In this document: positions 18,401 through 26,868 of the stretch, piece after piece | Position numbering within the stretch: the stretch's first letter is position 1 | Layout of the letters: each line of letters starts with the position of its first letter | IMG/VR virus record: IMGVR_UViG_3300018080_000031 | Location: 1 to 51,418 of that record | Reading direction: 5' to 3' (one strand) | DNA from: a virus | Lineage: Duplodnaviria > Caudoviricetes | Length of the DNA stretch: 51,418 nucleotides | Program-made: the position numbers and the translations under genes | Notes under the pieces: generated by a model | Databases searched by the model: none | Told to the model about the DNA's origin: nothing | What the model saw: only the letters and a program-made list of their open reading frames with translations

Positions 18401-21374
18401 AAAGCTCACCAAGACTTCTTCTTACATATTGATCTCTAGCTAAATCATACATTTCTTCAACATACTGTCTAACCAATTTCTTCTGTTCTGCTTTTACAGA
18501 AGTACCCATAAATGCATTCATTCTTGTATTAATAGCATGTTGAAGCTCATGAAAGAAACTTGTTTTATCTCCAAATCGTTGAAGAAAGATGAAGCTACCA
18601 GACTGCTGACCTGCTGGCTCTAACTTAGGATCAAAGATAACTTTTAGATTCTTCGCTTCTGGTATAGCCTTATACAATTCAGGATAGTCAAGTATATCAG
18701 TAATAGGTCTTTGTGCAGTCTTACCTGCAATATTTAAAGTTCTAACAGCCTGAGGTACATTATACTTAGCTTTCGTATCATCTATCTCATACCTCCACTT
18801 TCCATCCCTTCCAAGCCAGAAGCCAGTGTGATCGAAAAGAGGTTCGTTGCGATAGAGACTACCTACCTTAATATCGTATCCGTACTTTCCTCTCTTTACC
18901 CTACCAGGAAATAAATCCTTGAACTTCTTTATTGTATCTACAACTGCAACTGGAATCGAATCCAAAGGAATCATCATATTAAGATCAACAGTAGGAACCT
19001 CAGCCCTCTCCGCTCTCCTAGCCCACTTAGCTGCTTCGGAAATAGTTTCTTTCCAATCAAGATGTTCGGCGCTATCTTCAAACAACATTCTAAGTTCATC
19101 AGCTCTTGCTGCTAACTCACTTAAATAATCCCTCGTTGCAGCTACATCTACATCCTTGCCATCCAAATACCTATTCATGTCATTCAGTAATTTCGCCGTA
19201 GTAACATTAATATCTCTAGCAGGCATATTAGGGTCTTGGTTAATGAGTTCTTCTACGCTCGGTGAGATACTCTTCCTCGATTCAAACAACTTATCCCTAA
19301 ACTCAGTAACCTTAGGTTCTTGACGGAAAGGACTTTTATGTGTAGATAATTCAACAGGTTCCCTCGTACCTGTTTGAAGATCGAGGTCGGTGATTGGTTC
19401 TTTTGGAGCTTTGTCTTCCCAGTACTTCAACATCTCTTCATATTCATCAAGCGTACGTACTGTCTTCTTAGTATCCATTCTATACATACGCATTACATCA
19501 GTTTCAAAATCCAGCTTAGCAGTTTCAAGTGCTTCTCCAAGTGGAAGATCATAGATTCTTTCATACAACTTAGCAACATTACTTACAGTAATAGCATCAG
19601 GACCAGGACCTTTTCCTTTTATTTCCCACTTGACTTTAGGATATTTTTTCTTTAATTCATTAACCTGCCTAAGCGCTACATCTGCTCCTTGATCAGTGAA
19701 CGCTTCAATATCTACAATAACTTTAGTAGGTTTGGCTCTATTAGCGGACTCATAGTAATCATTGTGAGCTATGTACTTACCACGTCTTGCAGTTGGCACT
19801 TCAACTTGTACTTCATACTCACCTACCCAAGATCTATCTTTTGTTAGGTCAAGTGCAGAACCTCTGTCTAAACCCTTTGAAAGTATTCCATCAAGTCTGT
19901 CAAGAGTAGTTCCATGAGTAGGGACTGGTTCAACCTCAGCCTTCGGTTCAGACCGTTTAATTTTTAAACGATCTTTTCCCTTCAACGCCTTATCAATTTG
20001 AACATCTACCAGCGCTTTCTGAGGTTGACTTTTAATTTTATCAATAGTCTTCCTCTTACTACTCAAATCCTCCTTTATCATCTTACCATAATCTAAATTA
20101 GCTTGAATCTCAGCAGCTTCCATTTCCAGCTGATTCTTCTCCATGTCAAGAATCTTTTGCTGAACTAACCTGATTCTTTCATCAACAGTTTGCTTCAGCA
20201 ACTCTTCACGATCAATAACTTGCTTCGCCCTTCTCGTTATGCTCTCAGCCTTCGCAGTAACTTCCCTATTAGCGCCTTTGTAAAGCCTACCAAGCGCTAC
20301 CAATCCACCTATGTCACCTGCGAACCTGGCCAGCCCTCTTAAATTTGGATAGTCTTTCAATGACTCTGACTCACTAACAGCTTTCCCAACTTCAGACAAC
20401 GCCAAGGCCGGAGCCATAGCTGTTGAACCAACTAACTGCGTCTCTGCACTAGGCTTACCTAAAAGCGGTTCAACTCCACCTTTCTGCCACCACTCCATTG
20501 CTTCACTCATCCCGTCAGAAGCTGCGTCATAGAGTTCTTCAAAATCAAATGGTCTACCCATTCTCTCAAGCATCTTCTGGCCTGCAGTCAAAATACCTAT
20601 ACCAAAACCAGGCAATGACAAGACAAACTCAGCACCTCCCCTAACGATCTCCATAGGGTTCTTCGCAAGCTCAGCATACCCACTCAATGTATCAACAAAG
20701 TCAGCTTTAAACTTCTCAGTCAATATAGGATTGATCCTGGTTTCATCGTACTCTTTAACACTCTTACCTAACGCAGTGTCCATTCCCATACTGAAAATGC
20801 TTGGCTCACCTTCACTAACCTCAGCAGGCCCAAACTCTGGTTCGTCAACTACTTCATCACTTAAATCAGGCTTAACATACTTAGATGCATTAATTTTCTC
20901 TAAATAACTAGAAGTTTCCTTAGGCACCCTACCTCTAGCAATCGCAGTAGGCCCTGCATTATAGGCCATAATAGCCTTATCCCAATCTCCGAACCTTTTA
21001 TACAGCTTACTTAAATACTCTGCGCTGTAATCAATAGAAGCACGTGGATCAGTTGGGTCAATATCTGGATGATATTTAGGCATTATCTGTGCAATACCAA
21101 CTGCACCTGCAGGTGACTTTGCACTAGGATCAAATTGACTCTCTGTCTTAATCACATTAGCAAGCAAATTCTCAGGCAATCCATACTGTTTCTCAGCCTG
21201 AGCAATCTGGTCTAAATAAGGCTGAGCACGGTCAGAAGGTTCGAAGGAATAAAGTGGCTGACTACCAGGCTCAGCATACATCTGATCAGTCAAACTCGGC
21301 TGACTAAACATTTGATCAGTTAAAGACTTAGACTCTTCACTCTGAAACATCTGATCTGTTAAACTAGTTGGCAT
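15423..21374 (-). CDS. Large polyvalent internal virion (ejection) protein: lytic transglycosylase, ART-like, LPD23-like, zincin and LPD38-like regions
   Basis: ESQF...GAVGIAQIMP...AYNAGP (SLT); HGTT..GILSKGL; GRDGKWRYEIDD; HELQH; MDFGQGG...PYLNAAIQG; likely start MPTSL after GAGG. Confidence 0.85.
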   Translation of the reverse strand: MPTSLTDQMFQSEESKSLTDQMFSQPSLTDQMYAEPGSQPLYSFEPSDRAQPYLDQIAQAEKQYGLPENLLANVIKTESQFDPSAKSPAGAVGIAQIMPKYHPDIDPTDPRASIDYSAEYLSKLYKRFGDWDKAIMAYNAGPTAIARGRVPKETSSYLEKINASKYVKPDLSDEVVDEPEFGPAEVSEGEPSIFSMGMDTALGKSVKEYDETRINPILTEKFKADFVDTLSGYAELAKNPMEIVRGGAEFVLSLPGFGIGILTAGQKMLERMGRPFDFEELYDAASDGMSEAMEWWQKGGVEPLLGKPSAETQLVGSTAMAPALALSEVGKAVSESESLKDYPNLRGLARFAGDIGGLVALGRLYKGANREVTAKAESITRRAKQVIDREELLKQTVDERIRLVQQKILDMEKNQLEMEAAEIQANLDYGKMIKEDLSSKRKTIDKIKSQPQKALVDVQIDKALKGKDRLKIKRSEPKAEVEPVPTHGTTLDRLDGILSKGLDRGSALDLTKDRSWVGEYEVQVEVPTARRGKYIAHNDYYESANRAKPTKVIVDIEAFTDQGADVALRQVNELKKKYPKVKWEIKGKGPGPDAITVSNVAKLYERIYDLPLGEALETAKLDFETDVMRMYRMDTKKTVRTLDEYEEMLKYWEDKAPKEPITDLDLQTGTREPVELSTHKSPFRQEPKVTEFRDKLFESRKSISPSVEELINQDPNMPARDINVTTAKLLNDMNRYLDGKDVDVAATRDYLSELAARADELRMLFEDSAEHLDWKETISEAAKWARRAERAEVPTVDLNMMIPLDSIPVAVVDTIKKFKDLFPGRVKRGKYGYDIKVGSLYRNEPLFDHTGFWLGRDGKWRYEIDDTKAKYNVPQAVRTLNIAGKTAQRPITDILDYPELYKAIPEAKNLKVIFDPKLEPAGQQSGSFIFLQRFGDKTSFFHELQHAINTRMNAFMGTSVKAEQKKLVRQYVEEMYDLARDQYVRRSLGELLMEMDEGTADVGNTIRSIRDVAETSSPADAKMIAEYIAIPKSEARKVYKTTPGEMEARLAEHRMNMSSEARKLVPPWESLDEMLYGEGLADSVGNLTDVTAGTKLYSGIPLDQAAKDIVAGARKVAEYTKYARGMKAFKPKVAAKMIRDEFNRSFIDRSGNIRKDLLDKLSSEGYEVIQRMYLAKGSSSIAARMLKQMGKEVYGGLTQTEKRVLDNLILASRMVDIGRYKTPKQFKFPKEIEPKNSIAYLELFPEIEKLSPEQASTLSRRVDAYFEWMKKPLQDMLSEGLISEQEFADLSSHNYRRLKLVDVYDKKYQAKVGKKKRTVYDSGVESLARGRDTDVFEPSSQVMALEVFNRAYGRVMNNKANRALLELARKDETNPFVRIKEKKGDKIPSGWNRFFVYEEGQRKTIYLSPEMSKEWIVSNPEMSYRLSQMVRWLSGSAVLRTFATGINWGFALANLPRDVMHTWFAARTFENGKWKPLYNANMPVFGIQMTHDLTSVFSDAVLRRGRYENYINEGGGMEFMVHQGRLLQRGRHIEGPIDKLYDFFGYFGETSEIMTRLAIRERALRKGKSPQEATFAARDYMDFGQGGGIGKAADNGIPYLNAAIQGTRGLLRSFKDNPVRSTYKLAQLGALTTGIYIAMQKMHPQTAKNLKGNIDMQNNLCIPLGDQFGFEDEHGNMRYPYIKIPLDPGQKFFKTFFEAAADKWLGNEVDVDRVVDSLKEQSPVGVTELPPSISGLLGYVTNKDFWLNEDIWRKTDKPFSWPESREEYTKNTPEFYKDVGKLTGLSPERTKYMVEELVTNGTVWSYLLGQGYDAAFSDLPKSKKEQHLAQVISKIPVIKRFFGVTNPYSKHAKKFSEVEQESVLKNFVENRGFDTLVEGYLYDKNVSKKEVFSYLKSFKDIDTQDRLFDRYEFEIAIKNLPEKSFWRRMKGLLPEARAKMFYDRLEISSEDERKQLWKEFNIISTAGGVISDKFLDEYEKLKK
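19950..19974. repeat. 25-bp quasi-palindrome copy 10 (inside CDS)
   Basis: AGACCGTTTAATTTTTAAACGATCT, read as DRLKIKRS on the - strand. Confidence 0.88.
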
Positions 21375-22542
21375 ATCTAACCTCACTGGTCGTTCCATCA
21401 GGCCATTCAACTACGAATATAAAAGTTCTTCCCTCAACCCTAGACTTGTTCATATCTATCTTACCACCAGCAGCTGAGATTTTACCTCTTACATAGTTCT
21501 CGACTTTCTGAATTTTCTCTTTCTCAGTGCTATCAACTGTATCAATTCTAAACTCACGAGAAGTTTTGTAGCTTTCAACATCCTTCGCAAATCCCTTAGG
21601 ATCAGTAAAATACTTCTTACTCTTCACATCAGCCTGAGCTTCCCAAGACTCTTTCTTCTCACCTAAAGAAATCCTTGTAGCTCCAGCTTTCTTTTGTTCA
21701 AAGAAAAACTCCTTAAAACCTTCATCAGCTTCAGCTAAGTCATAAATTTCCTTAATCGTAGGTTCATCTACCTGATTGGCCCACTCATTATAAGGCATCA
21801 CACCTTCACCCCTTTGTTTCGCATCAAAGGCATAATATGAGTAAGCCTTAGTCTTAGTATCAAGCGACTTCCAATCATCAAAGCTTAACTCACCAAGACC
21901 TGGAACTTCCAGTGGAGAAGTCCTCAACATCTCAGCCCAACCTCTCATTTCTTTTGAAGTAGCAATCCTTGACTGTGTCTCAGCTTGCTTCATCAAGTTC
22001 ATCTTATAAGCAGCATCAACAAGGTCACTAAACTTCTTATCCTTCAACTGCGATTCAAAACTCGCAACACTAGAAGCACCACCAAATGCCTTCGCAACAT
22101 CGCTCGGTGTCAGCCCTACTAGGTTGGCATCTGAAATTGTACCTAGTGGACTAGAGGAAGGGTTTAGGAATCCAGGGATTCTCGGTTGCTCTCCTGCACC
22201 AACACTACCACCAGCTGTCATAGGACCTGACTGATATGGAGTGAACTCATCTCCATATTCACCTGTCAAGCCACCTTGATTTTGACCTCCAGAAGCTAAC
22301 GCAGAAGTAGGCACCTTAAACGACAAATTATCTTTGTCACCAGACATCTTCGCGCCTGCAGGCATACCACCTAACATCTGCCTAAGCATCTGCAGATACT
22401 GCTGTTGCAATCCAGCTGCACTCTTAGCACCTAAATACTGCTGTCCAACAGGTATCATACCTGATATTGGATTCTGCCCTTGCAACAACGACTGACCACC
22501 ACCTAACATAGCAGCCATAAGCAAATTCTGATTAATAGCCAT
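21364..22542 (-). CDS. Putative internal virion/ejection protein
   Basis: Gly/Gln/Met-rich N-terminus; lies just before the SLT protein. Confidence 0.65.
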   Translation of the reverse strand: MAINQNLLMAAMLGGGQSLLQGQNPISGMIPVGQQYLGAKSAAGLQQQYLQMLRQMLGGMPAGAKMSGDKDNLSFKVPTSALASGGQNQGGLTGEYGDEFTPYQSGPMTAGGSVGAGEQPRIPGFLNPSSSPLGTISDANLVGLTPSDVAKAFGGASSVASFESQLKDKKFSDLVDAAYKMNLMKQAETQSRIATSKEMRGWAEMLRTSPLEVPGLGELSFDDWKSLDTKTKAYSYYAFDAKQRGEGVMPYNEWANQVDEPTIKEIYDLAEADEGFKEFFFEQKKAGATRISLGEKKESWEAQADVKSKKYFTDPKGFAKDVESYKTSREFRIDTVDSTEKEKIQKVENYVRGKISAAGGKIDMNKSRVEGRTFIFVVEWPDGTTSEVRYAN

Positions 22543-22553
22543 CTATTCCTCCA

Positions 22554-23483
22554 TTATAAGAAAGCAGACGCAGCACCTAACACACCGCCTATTACAGCAC
22601 CAGGTACTCCACCACCTACCATCGCACCCATAGCAGCGCCACCCATAGCTCCGCCGAGCATAGATTGCATCATAGATGGTTCCTCATTCGTACCAGAAGT
22701 ACCACCACCTATCGCTGCCAGTACATTAGCTCCGTACTGAAATACGCTCAGGTCCCACAATCCGTCTTTCTCACCAATCTTTAAGTTAATATCAGTTTCT
22801 TCCTTCTCAGCAACTATCTTAATTCTCTTCCCCTCAATCACTGTCTTCATATAAGACTCTTCCCAACTAATTCTCTGAAGCATTAGATGAAGCATTTGCT
22901 GAGCACCATTCATACGAATCTTCTCAACCTCTACATCTTTAAGCAAGTTTGCTTTGGCAGCTGCTACCCTTAACTCGGTTCCATGTTTAGCTACATCTCT
23001 GTCCCTGAACCCCTCAATAATAGCTTGACCAATGACAAAAGCTGAACTGACAACTGCATTAATATCTCTCATTCCAGCCTGAAACCTAGGTAAGACCTTT
23101 GCAGTTATCTCGTCATCCAGAACATCTGCAAAAGCATCTACATCATCATCTATATCATCATCAGTTATTCCATCTACTTCTACCGACGCAATAGCTTGTG
23201 TGTAAAGTGCTGCCCAATCTGTCGTGTCAGTAATACCTGCTAAAATTGCAGCGAAGGCTGTAATAGCAGCTTCGTATGCAGTGATATCAGCTGAAGGATC
23301 GTAAGCTGTCTCACCGCTCCAAGGTGAGCTACCATAAGCAGAGTTAATTGCGTCAGTTACTGAATTAGTAGCGGTATCACTTCCTCCATTATCCAACCAG
23401 CTTCCATGAATAGTCTCCATGTAATCAGGATAATCAACAACTCCGGAACCTCCTCCGCCACCACCACTTGATCCTTTTCCCAT
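22554..23483 (-). CDS. Putative internal virion/ejection protein
   Basis: Gly-rich termini with a glycine-zipper hydrophobic C-terminus. Confidence 0.65.
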   Translation of the reverse strand: MGKGSSGGGGGGSGVVDYPDYMETIHGSWLDNGGSDTATNSVTDAINSAYGSSPWSGETAYDPSADITAYEAAITAFAAILAGITDTTDWAALYTQAIASVEVDGITDDDIDDDVDAFADVLDDEITAKVLPRFQAGMRDINAVVSSAFVIGQAIIEGFRDRDVAKHGTELRVAAAKANLLKDVEVEKIRMNGAQQMLHLMLQRISWEESYMKTVIEGKRIKIVAEKEETDINLKIGEKDGLWDLSVFQYGANVLAAIGGGTSGTNEEPSMMQSMLGGAMGGAAMGAMVGGGVPGAVIGGVLGAASAFL

Positions 23484-23485
23484 AG

Positions 23486-23962
23486 TTATTCTCCGCCGAG
23501 ATCGTTTAATTTTTGAACGATCTTTTTAACGTCAAAAGAAATGAATGTGAAAGATGTGTCTCCACCTAGCCTTTTAACTAACTTAACAACTCCTGGTCGA
23601 TCAGTGTAGGCCATCACCTGTGCACAGCCCTTTGATTTAGCATATTTTGAAAGTGTATTAAGGCCTGAAAACCAACTTTTATCATCAACATCTTCGTACC
23701 CATAAAGGCAATAGATTAACAAGTTCTTCGTATTAGAAACATCGTCGTAGATCATCTTAGTCAACACAAGGCCTTCAAACTTAACCTCAGGATTCCTTGT
23801 ATAAGAAGCCCAACACTGTGTTTTACCAGCTAACAATGATGAGAGAACACGATTCATCTTGTCTGGGCTTTCATAAGCAACAGGTGGTAGCGACTGTTCG
23901 ACTGCATACTTAACGATATCCCAAAGAGATGAAATCTGCTCAGGTAATAATCTAACAAGCAT
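23486..23962 (-). CDS. GNAT-like virion assembly protein (position of P22 gp14 / T7 gp13)
   Basis: YAKSKGCAQVMAYTDRPG; synteny after the nozzle gene. Confidence 0.55.
   Translation of the reverse strand: MLVRLLPEQISSLWDIVKYAVEQSLPPVAYESPDKMNRVLSSLLAGKTQCWASYTRNPEVKFEGLVLTKMIYDDVSNTKNLLIYCLYGYEDVDDKSWFSGLNTLSKYAKSKGCAQVMAYTDRPGVVKLVKRLGGDTSFTFISFDVKKIVQKLNDLGGE
23499..23523. repeat. 25-bp quasi-palindrome copy 11 (inside CDS 3' end)
   Basis: AGATCGTTTAATTTTTGAACGATCT, read as KIVQKLNDL. Confidence 0.88.
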
Positions 23963-25365
23963 TATCTTTGTCCTCGTAAAGGTGGTGCATAGACGCCTCT
24001 GATCCCTCTTAAATCAGTCATCTTATACCTCACCTTGATATAGCTAAGTCTAATTGATCTGTAAATGAAGTTAAACTTCAACTCAACGACAAAATCACTT
24101 CCACCACCTGCAATGATTGCTGCAATTCCTTCATTATTCATAGGTACATAATCACTATATCCCCACTCCTCCATCGTGTTCATCCAACCTACTCGTGCCC
24201 TAACACCTAACAATACCAAAGCATTTGACTCGACACTGAAAATGGTCTTATCACCTCGATAACCAAAATCTAACATAGCTGTAGCAATTATAGGATCATA
24301 ATCAGCTACTGTATTAGGTAACATAACAGTCTCATCGTCATAAGTAGGTATGTACCAAACTGCTGATGGATGCTGTGGTGATTCAGTTGCACCATAAGGT
24401 GAGAGTAACAAAGTTGATTCGCTATCACCTATGTAAAAGTCCTTTTTATTCTTATCATATCGTACTAAAATGTCACCTTCATCCATGTTACTTATGTATG
24501 AGTAATAGCCAAGTTCTCTAATTCCTTCCCTTGTTATCTCCCTAACAACAAGGTCACTTCCAACATAGACATGACGGCTTAACGTACCATCTATCGCACC
24601 TCTATTAATAAGCCCTATATCATCAAGCTCGGTGAATCTAAATGTCGGAGCAGGGTCGCTAACAGGTGTCATTAACACTACACCTTTATCTGAATAACCA
24701 ATCACTGAGTCTTCCAACCTTCTAACATGATAAACCTCACCACCATAAGGGTCACGGCGATATCCAGATACGTTACCTTGATTAAGCGTAAAGTTTGCTT
24801 CACCAATCTTACTCCATACATAAAAGGTCTCATCACAGTCGTACCATTCACTTAACACACAGCCACCTATCATCTGCCCCTTGAAATTGCAGACAGTTCG
24901 CATCATAGGTATGTCGTCATCTGCTATAACTTCATGCCAGTCGTCAATAGTTGTATTCCAATAGATCATTATAAATCCATTGGTCATAAAGGCGTACTCG
25001 CCGAAGTCAGCAACTTCCGTCAAGGTACCAGTGCCGAAAGTAGCTACGTCGCAATCGAAGATGTGAGTGACTACATAATCATCAGTTATGTGGTAGAACT
25101 TATCTTCCATATTAACCACTGCATCCCTGATAATCAAGAAGTTATATCTCTCACCTTGAATGAACTGAGGAAAAGGCCAAGAGTAAAGCATATCAACTGA
25201 TCCACTCAAAGGATCATCTGTACATGCTTCATAACCTTCAATTCCTCTTCTACCTATTCTAAACCCAAGAGCGCGCCACAAGAAACTTGGATCGGTAGGT
25301 ATCGTATCAGTTGGGTCAACACCTTTCTTCAACGCTTCGTCAATGATTAGTTCATATTCTCTCAT
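23962..25365 (-). CDS. Putative podovirus tail nozzle/stabilisation protein
   Basis: 467 aa, beta-rich, YVWS motif; synteny. Confidence 0.6.
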   Translation of the reverse strand: MREYELIIDEALKKGVDPTDTIPTDPSFLWRALGFRIGRRGIEGYEACTDDPLSGSVDMLYSWPFPQFIQGERYNFLIIRDAVVNMEDKFYHITDDYVVTHIFDCDVATFGTGTLTEVADFGEYAFMTNGFIMIYWNTTIDDWHEVIADDDIPMMRTVCNFKGQMIGGCVLSEWYDCDETFYVWSKIGEANFTLNQGNVSGYRRDPYGGEVYHVRRLEDSVIGYSDKGVVLMTPVSDPAPTFRFTELDDIGLINRGAIDGTLSRHVYVGSDLVVREITREGIRELGYYSYISNMDEGDILVRYDKNKKDFYIGDSESTLLLSPYGATESPQHPSAVWYIPTYDDETVMLPNTVADYDPIIATAMLDFGYRGDKTIFSVESNALVLLGVRARVGWMNTMEEWGYSDYVPMNNEGIAAIIAGGGSDFVVELKFNFIYRSIRLSYIKVRYKMTDLRGIRGVYAPPLRGQR

Positions 25366-25538
25366 TGAACCACTCCGAATTTCCTTTTTAGCTTATCAAG
25401 GAACTTTCCATCTTCTGCTGAATGATGCTTCTTCGCCCTATAAGCCTTATATGCCCTCTCACAGGAGGACTTGCTAACGTACATTCAATCACTTGATCCC
25501 AAGCGATACTTGCCGTTACTTCATCTTATGCAAGGCAT
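25362..25538 (-). CDS. Candidate selenoprotein, 58 aa: MPCIRUSNGKYRLGSSDUMYVSKSSCERAYKAYRAKKHHSAEDGKFLDKLKRKFGVVQ
   Basis: GGAGG 6 nt before ATG; exactly fills the gap with an ATGA overlap to the next gene; in-frame TGA at 25521-25523 and 25485-25487, each followed by a hairpin. Confidence 0.7.
25453..25470 (-). promoter_or_regulatory. SECIS-like hairpin 2
   Basis: GUCCUC-CUGUGA-GAGGGC, starting 15 nt after the second UGA. Confidence 0.5.
25488..25507 (-). promoter_or_regulatory. SECIS-like hairpin 1
   Basis: AUCGCUUG-GGAU-CAAGUGAU, starting 14 nt after the first UGA; G-first apical loop. Confidence 0.6.
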
Positions 25539-25539
25539 C

Positions 25540-26046
25540 TCATTCCTCCGGCGGTTCTATTTTATCAAGCTCGTCGATTAAGAAACTACGCATCTTAACT
25601 TCCTTAACATCAGGCGCCCACATTAGACATATCCATGCCTCGGTGATTTTCTCTTCCGGATCAATAGGATCAATGGAGACTATTAATCTATCACATGAAT
25701 AGACTTGCTTATCAGGCTTGACAAGAAGTGTTTTTCCAGTCATTATATAAGTATGCGCAGACTCATCTGCATCGCCTGCTAAAGTAACTGTAACTCTAGC
25801 ACCTGCTTTGAGTTTCTTATCAATCCTAACTGCGCCTTTAAATATAACACCTCTAGATGCAAACAAGTATCTTAATATCTCACCTTTTACATCCTCTCCG
25901 ACTACGCAGTTAGATATCGGATAAGGTGTAGTCATAGCAGTTATTTTCTTCACAGATCGACGAAGAAGTCTTAGCAAGACTGTTTCAATCTTAGATATTC
26001 TCTTCTCATCTATTGGGGAGTCTTTTTTAAATATCGGCTGTTTCAT
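25540..26046 (-). CDS. Hypothetical virion-operon protein
   Basis: 168-aa ORF, tightly packed. Confidence 0.75.
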   Translation of the reverse strand: MKQPIFKKDSPIDEKRISKIETVLLRLLRRSVKKITAMTTPYPISNCVVGEDVKGEILRYLFASRGVIFKGAVRIDKKLKAGARVTVTLAGDADESAHTYIMTGKTLLVKPDKQVYSCDRLIVSIDPIDPEEKITEAWICLMWAPDVKEVKMRSFLIDELDKIEPPEE

Positions 26047-26047
26047 C

Positions 26048-26770
26048 TTAATCCTCTATCTGGCTAACTTCAGCAATTAGTTCTTCAACCAAGTCCATGC
26101 CAATTCCAGTTGTTTCGGCCTTTATTGCAGCTGTCCAGTCGTTAACACCTTGTGTGTTTCTATTAACAACTTCTAAATATCTCATAGCAGACATGACAAG
26201 TGTTAGTGGATGAACCACTGACCAATAGTTTGTATCAGTCTCTGCAGATAGCTCGTGAGAATAATAAAGACCTTTTATTTCCAATGAGATCTTTTCATCT
26301 GTAGGCACGTTAATTAAGATTGCATTATACTCATGTACATTCCCTGCAGGTATATCTACCCAACCAACGAAAGATTCTATGTCAGTCACATCTGCATCTT
26401 CTGGAACATAACGAGTTATGCAAGGTGAGTAATAAAGAGGAGTGCCAGTATCACGAGAAGCAGGCAGTTCTGTCATATAACCACTGATTAATTCCTGCAA
26501 AGGAACTTTCTCAAGCTGCCAACGTTCACTAATCGATGCAGCCCAAACCTCTTTAATCGCCCTACAGAGTGGAAAGAAGGCACTAAATCCACCTACTTCA
26601 ACAAACCTAAAGCTTGAAGCCCAAGATTTTTGTGTTTCATCTAATCGATCAAGGTACTTCCTTCCCTCGTTGAGGTAGAAGTCAGCGCCGTTATCTGAAC
26701 CGTCTTCATTAACCAAGTCAAATCGGCCTGAGATTTTTCTAAACTGAGTTCTTAATTCTAATAAATTCAT
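26048..26770 (-). CDS. Putative head-tail adaptor protein
   Basis: MNLLELRTQFR...YLNEG, TGTPLYY; immediately after the capsid gene. Confidence 0.65.
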   Translation of the reverse strand: MNLLELRTQFRKISGRFDLVNEDGSDNGADFYLNEGRKYLDRLDETQKSWASSFRFVEVGGFSAFFPLCRAIKEVWAASISERWQLEKVPLQELISGYMTELPASRDTGTPLYYSPCITRYVPEDADVTDIESFVGWVDIPAGNVHEYNAILINVPTDEKISLEIKGLYYSHELSAETDTNYWSVVHPLTLVMSAMRYLEVVNRNTQGVNDWTAAIKAETTGIGMDLVEELIAEVSQIED

Positions 26771-26786
26771 CTTACCTCCACCAATG

Positions 26787-26811
26787 AGATCGTTTAATTA
26801 TTAAACGAACT
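26787..26811. repeat. 25-bp quasi-palindrome copy 12
   Basis: AGATCGTTTAATTATTAAACGAACT. Confidence 0.9.
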
Positions 26812-26839
26812 GGCGGGCAAGGAGGTGGAATCCCGCCAG
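26803..26839 (-). terminator. Putative terminator after the major capsid gene
   Basis: CTGGCGGG/CCCGCCAG stem followed by TTCGTTT on the - strand. Confidence 0.55.
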
Positions 26840-26868
26840 CCCGTTATTGGCCTATTGGGAGGTTAGCA

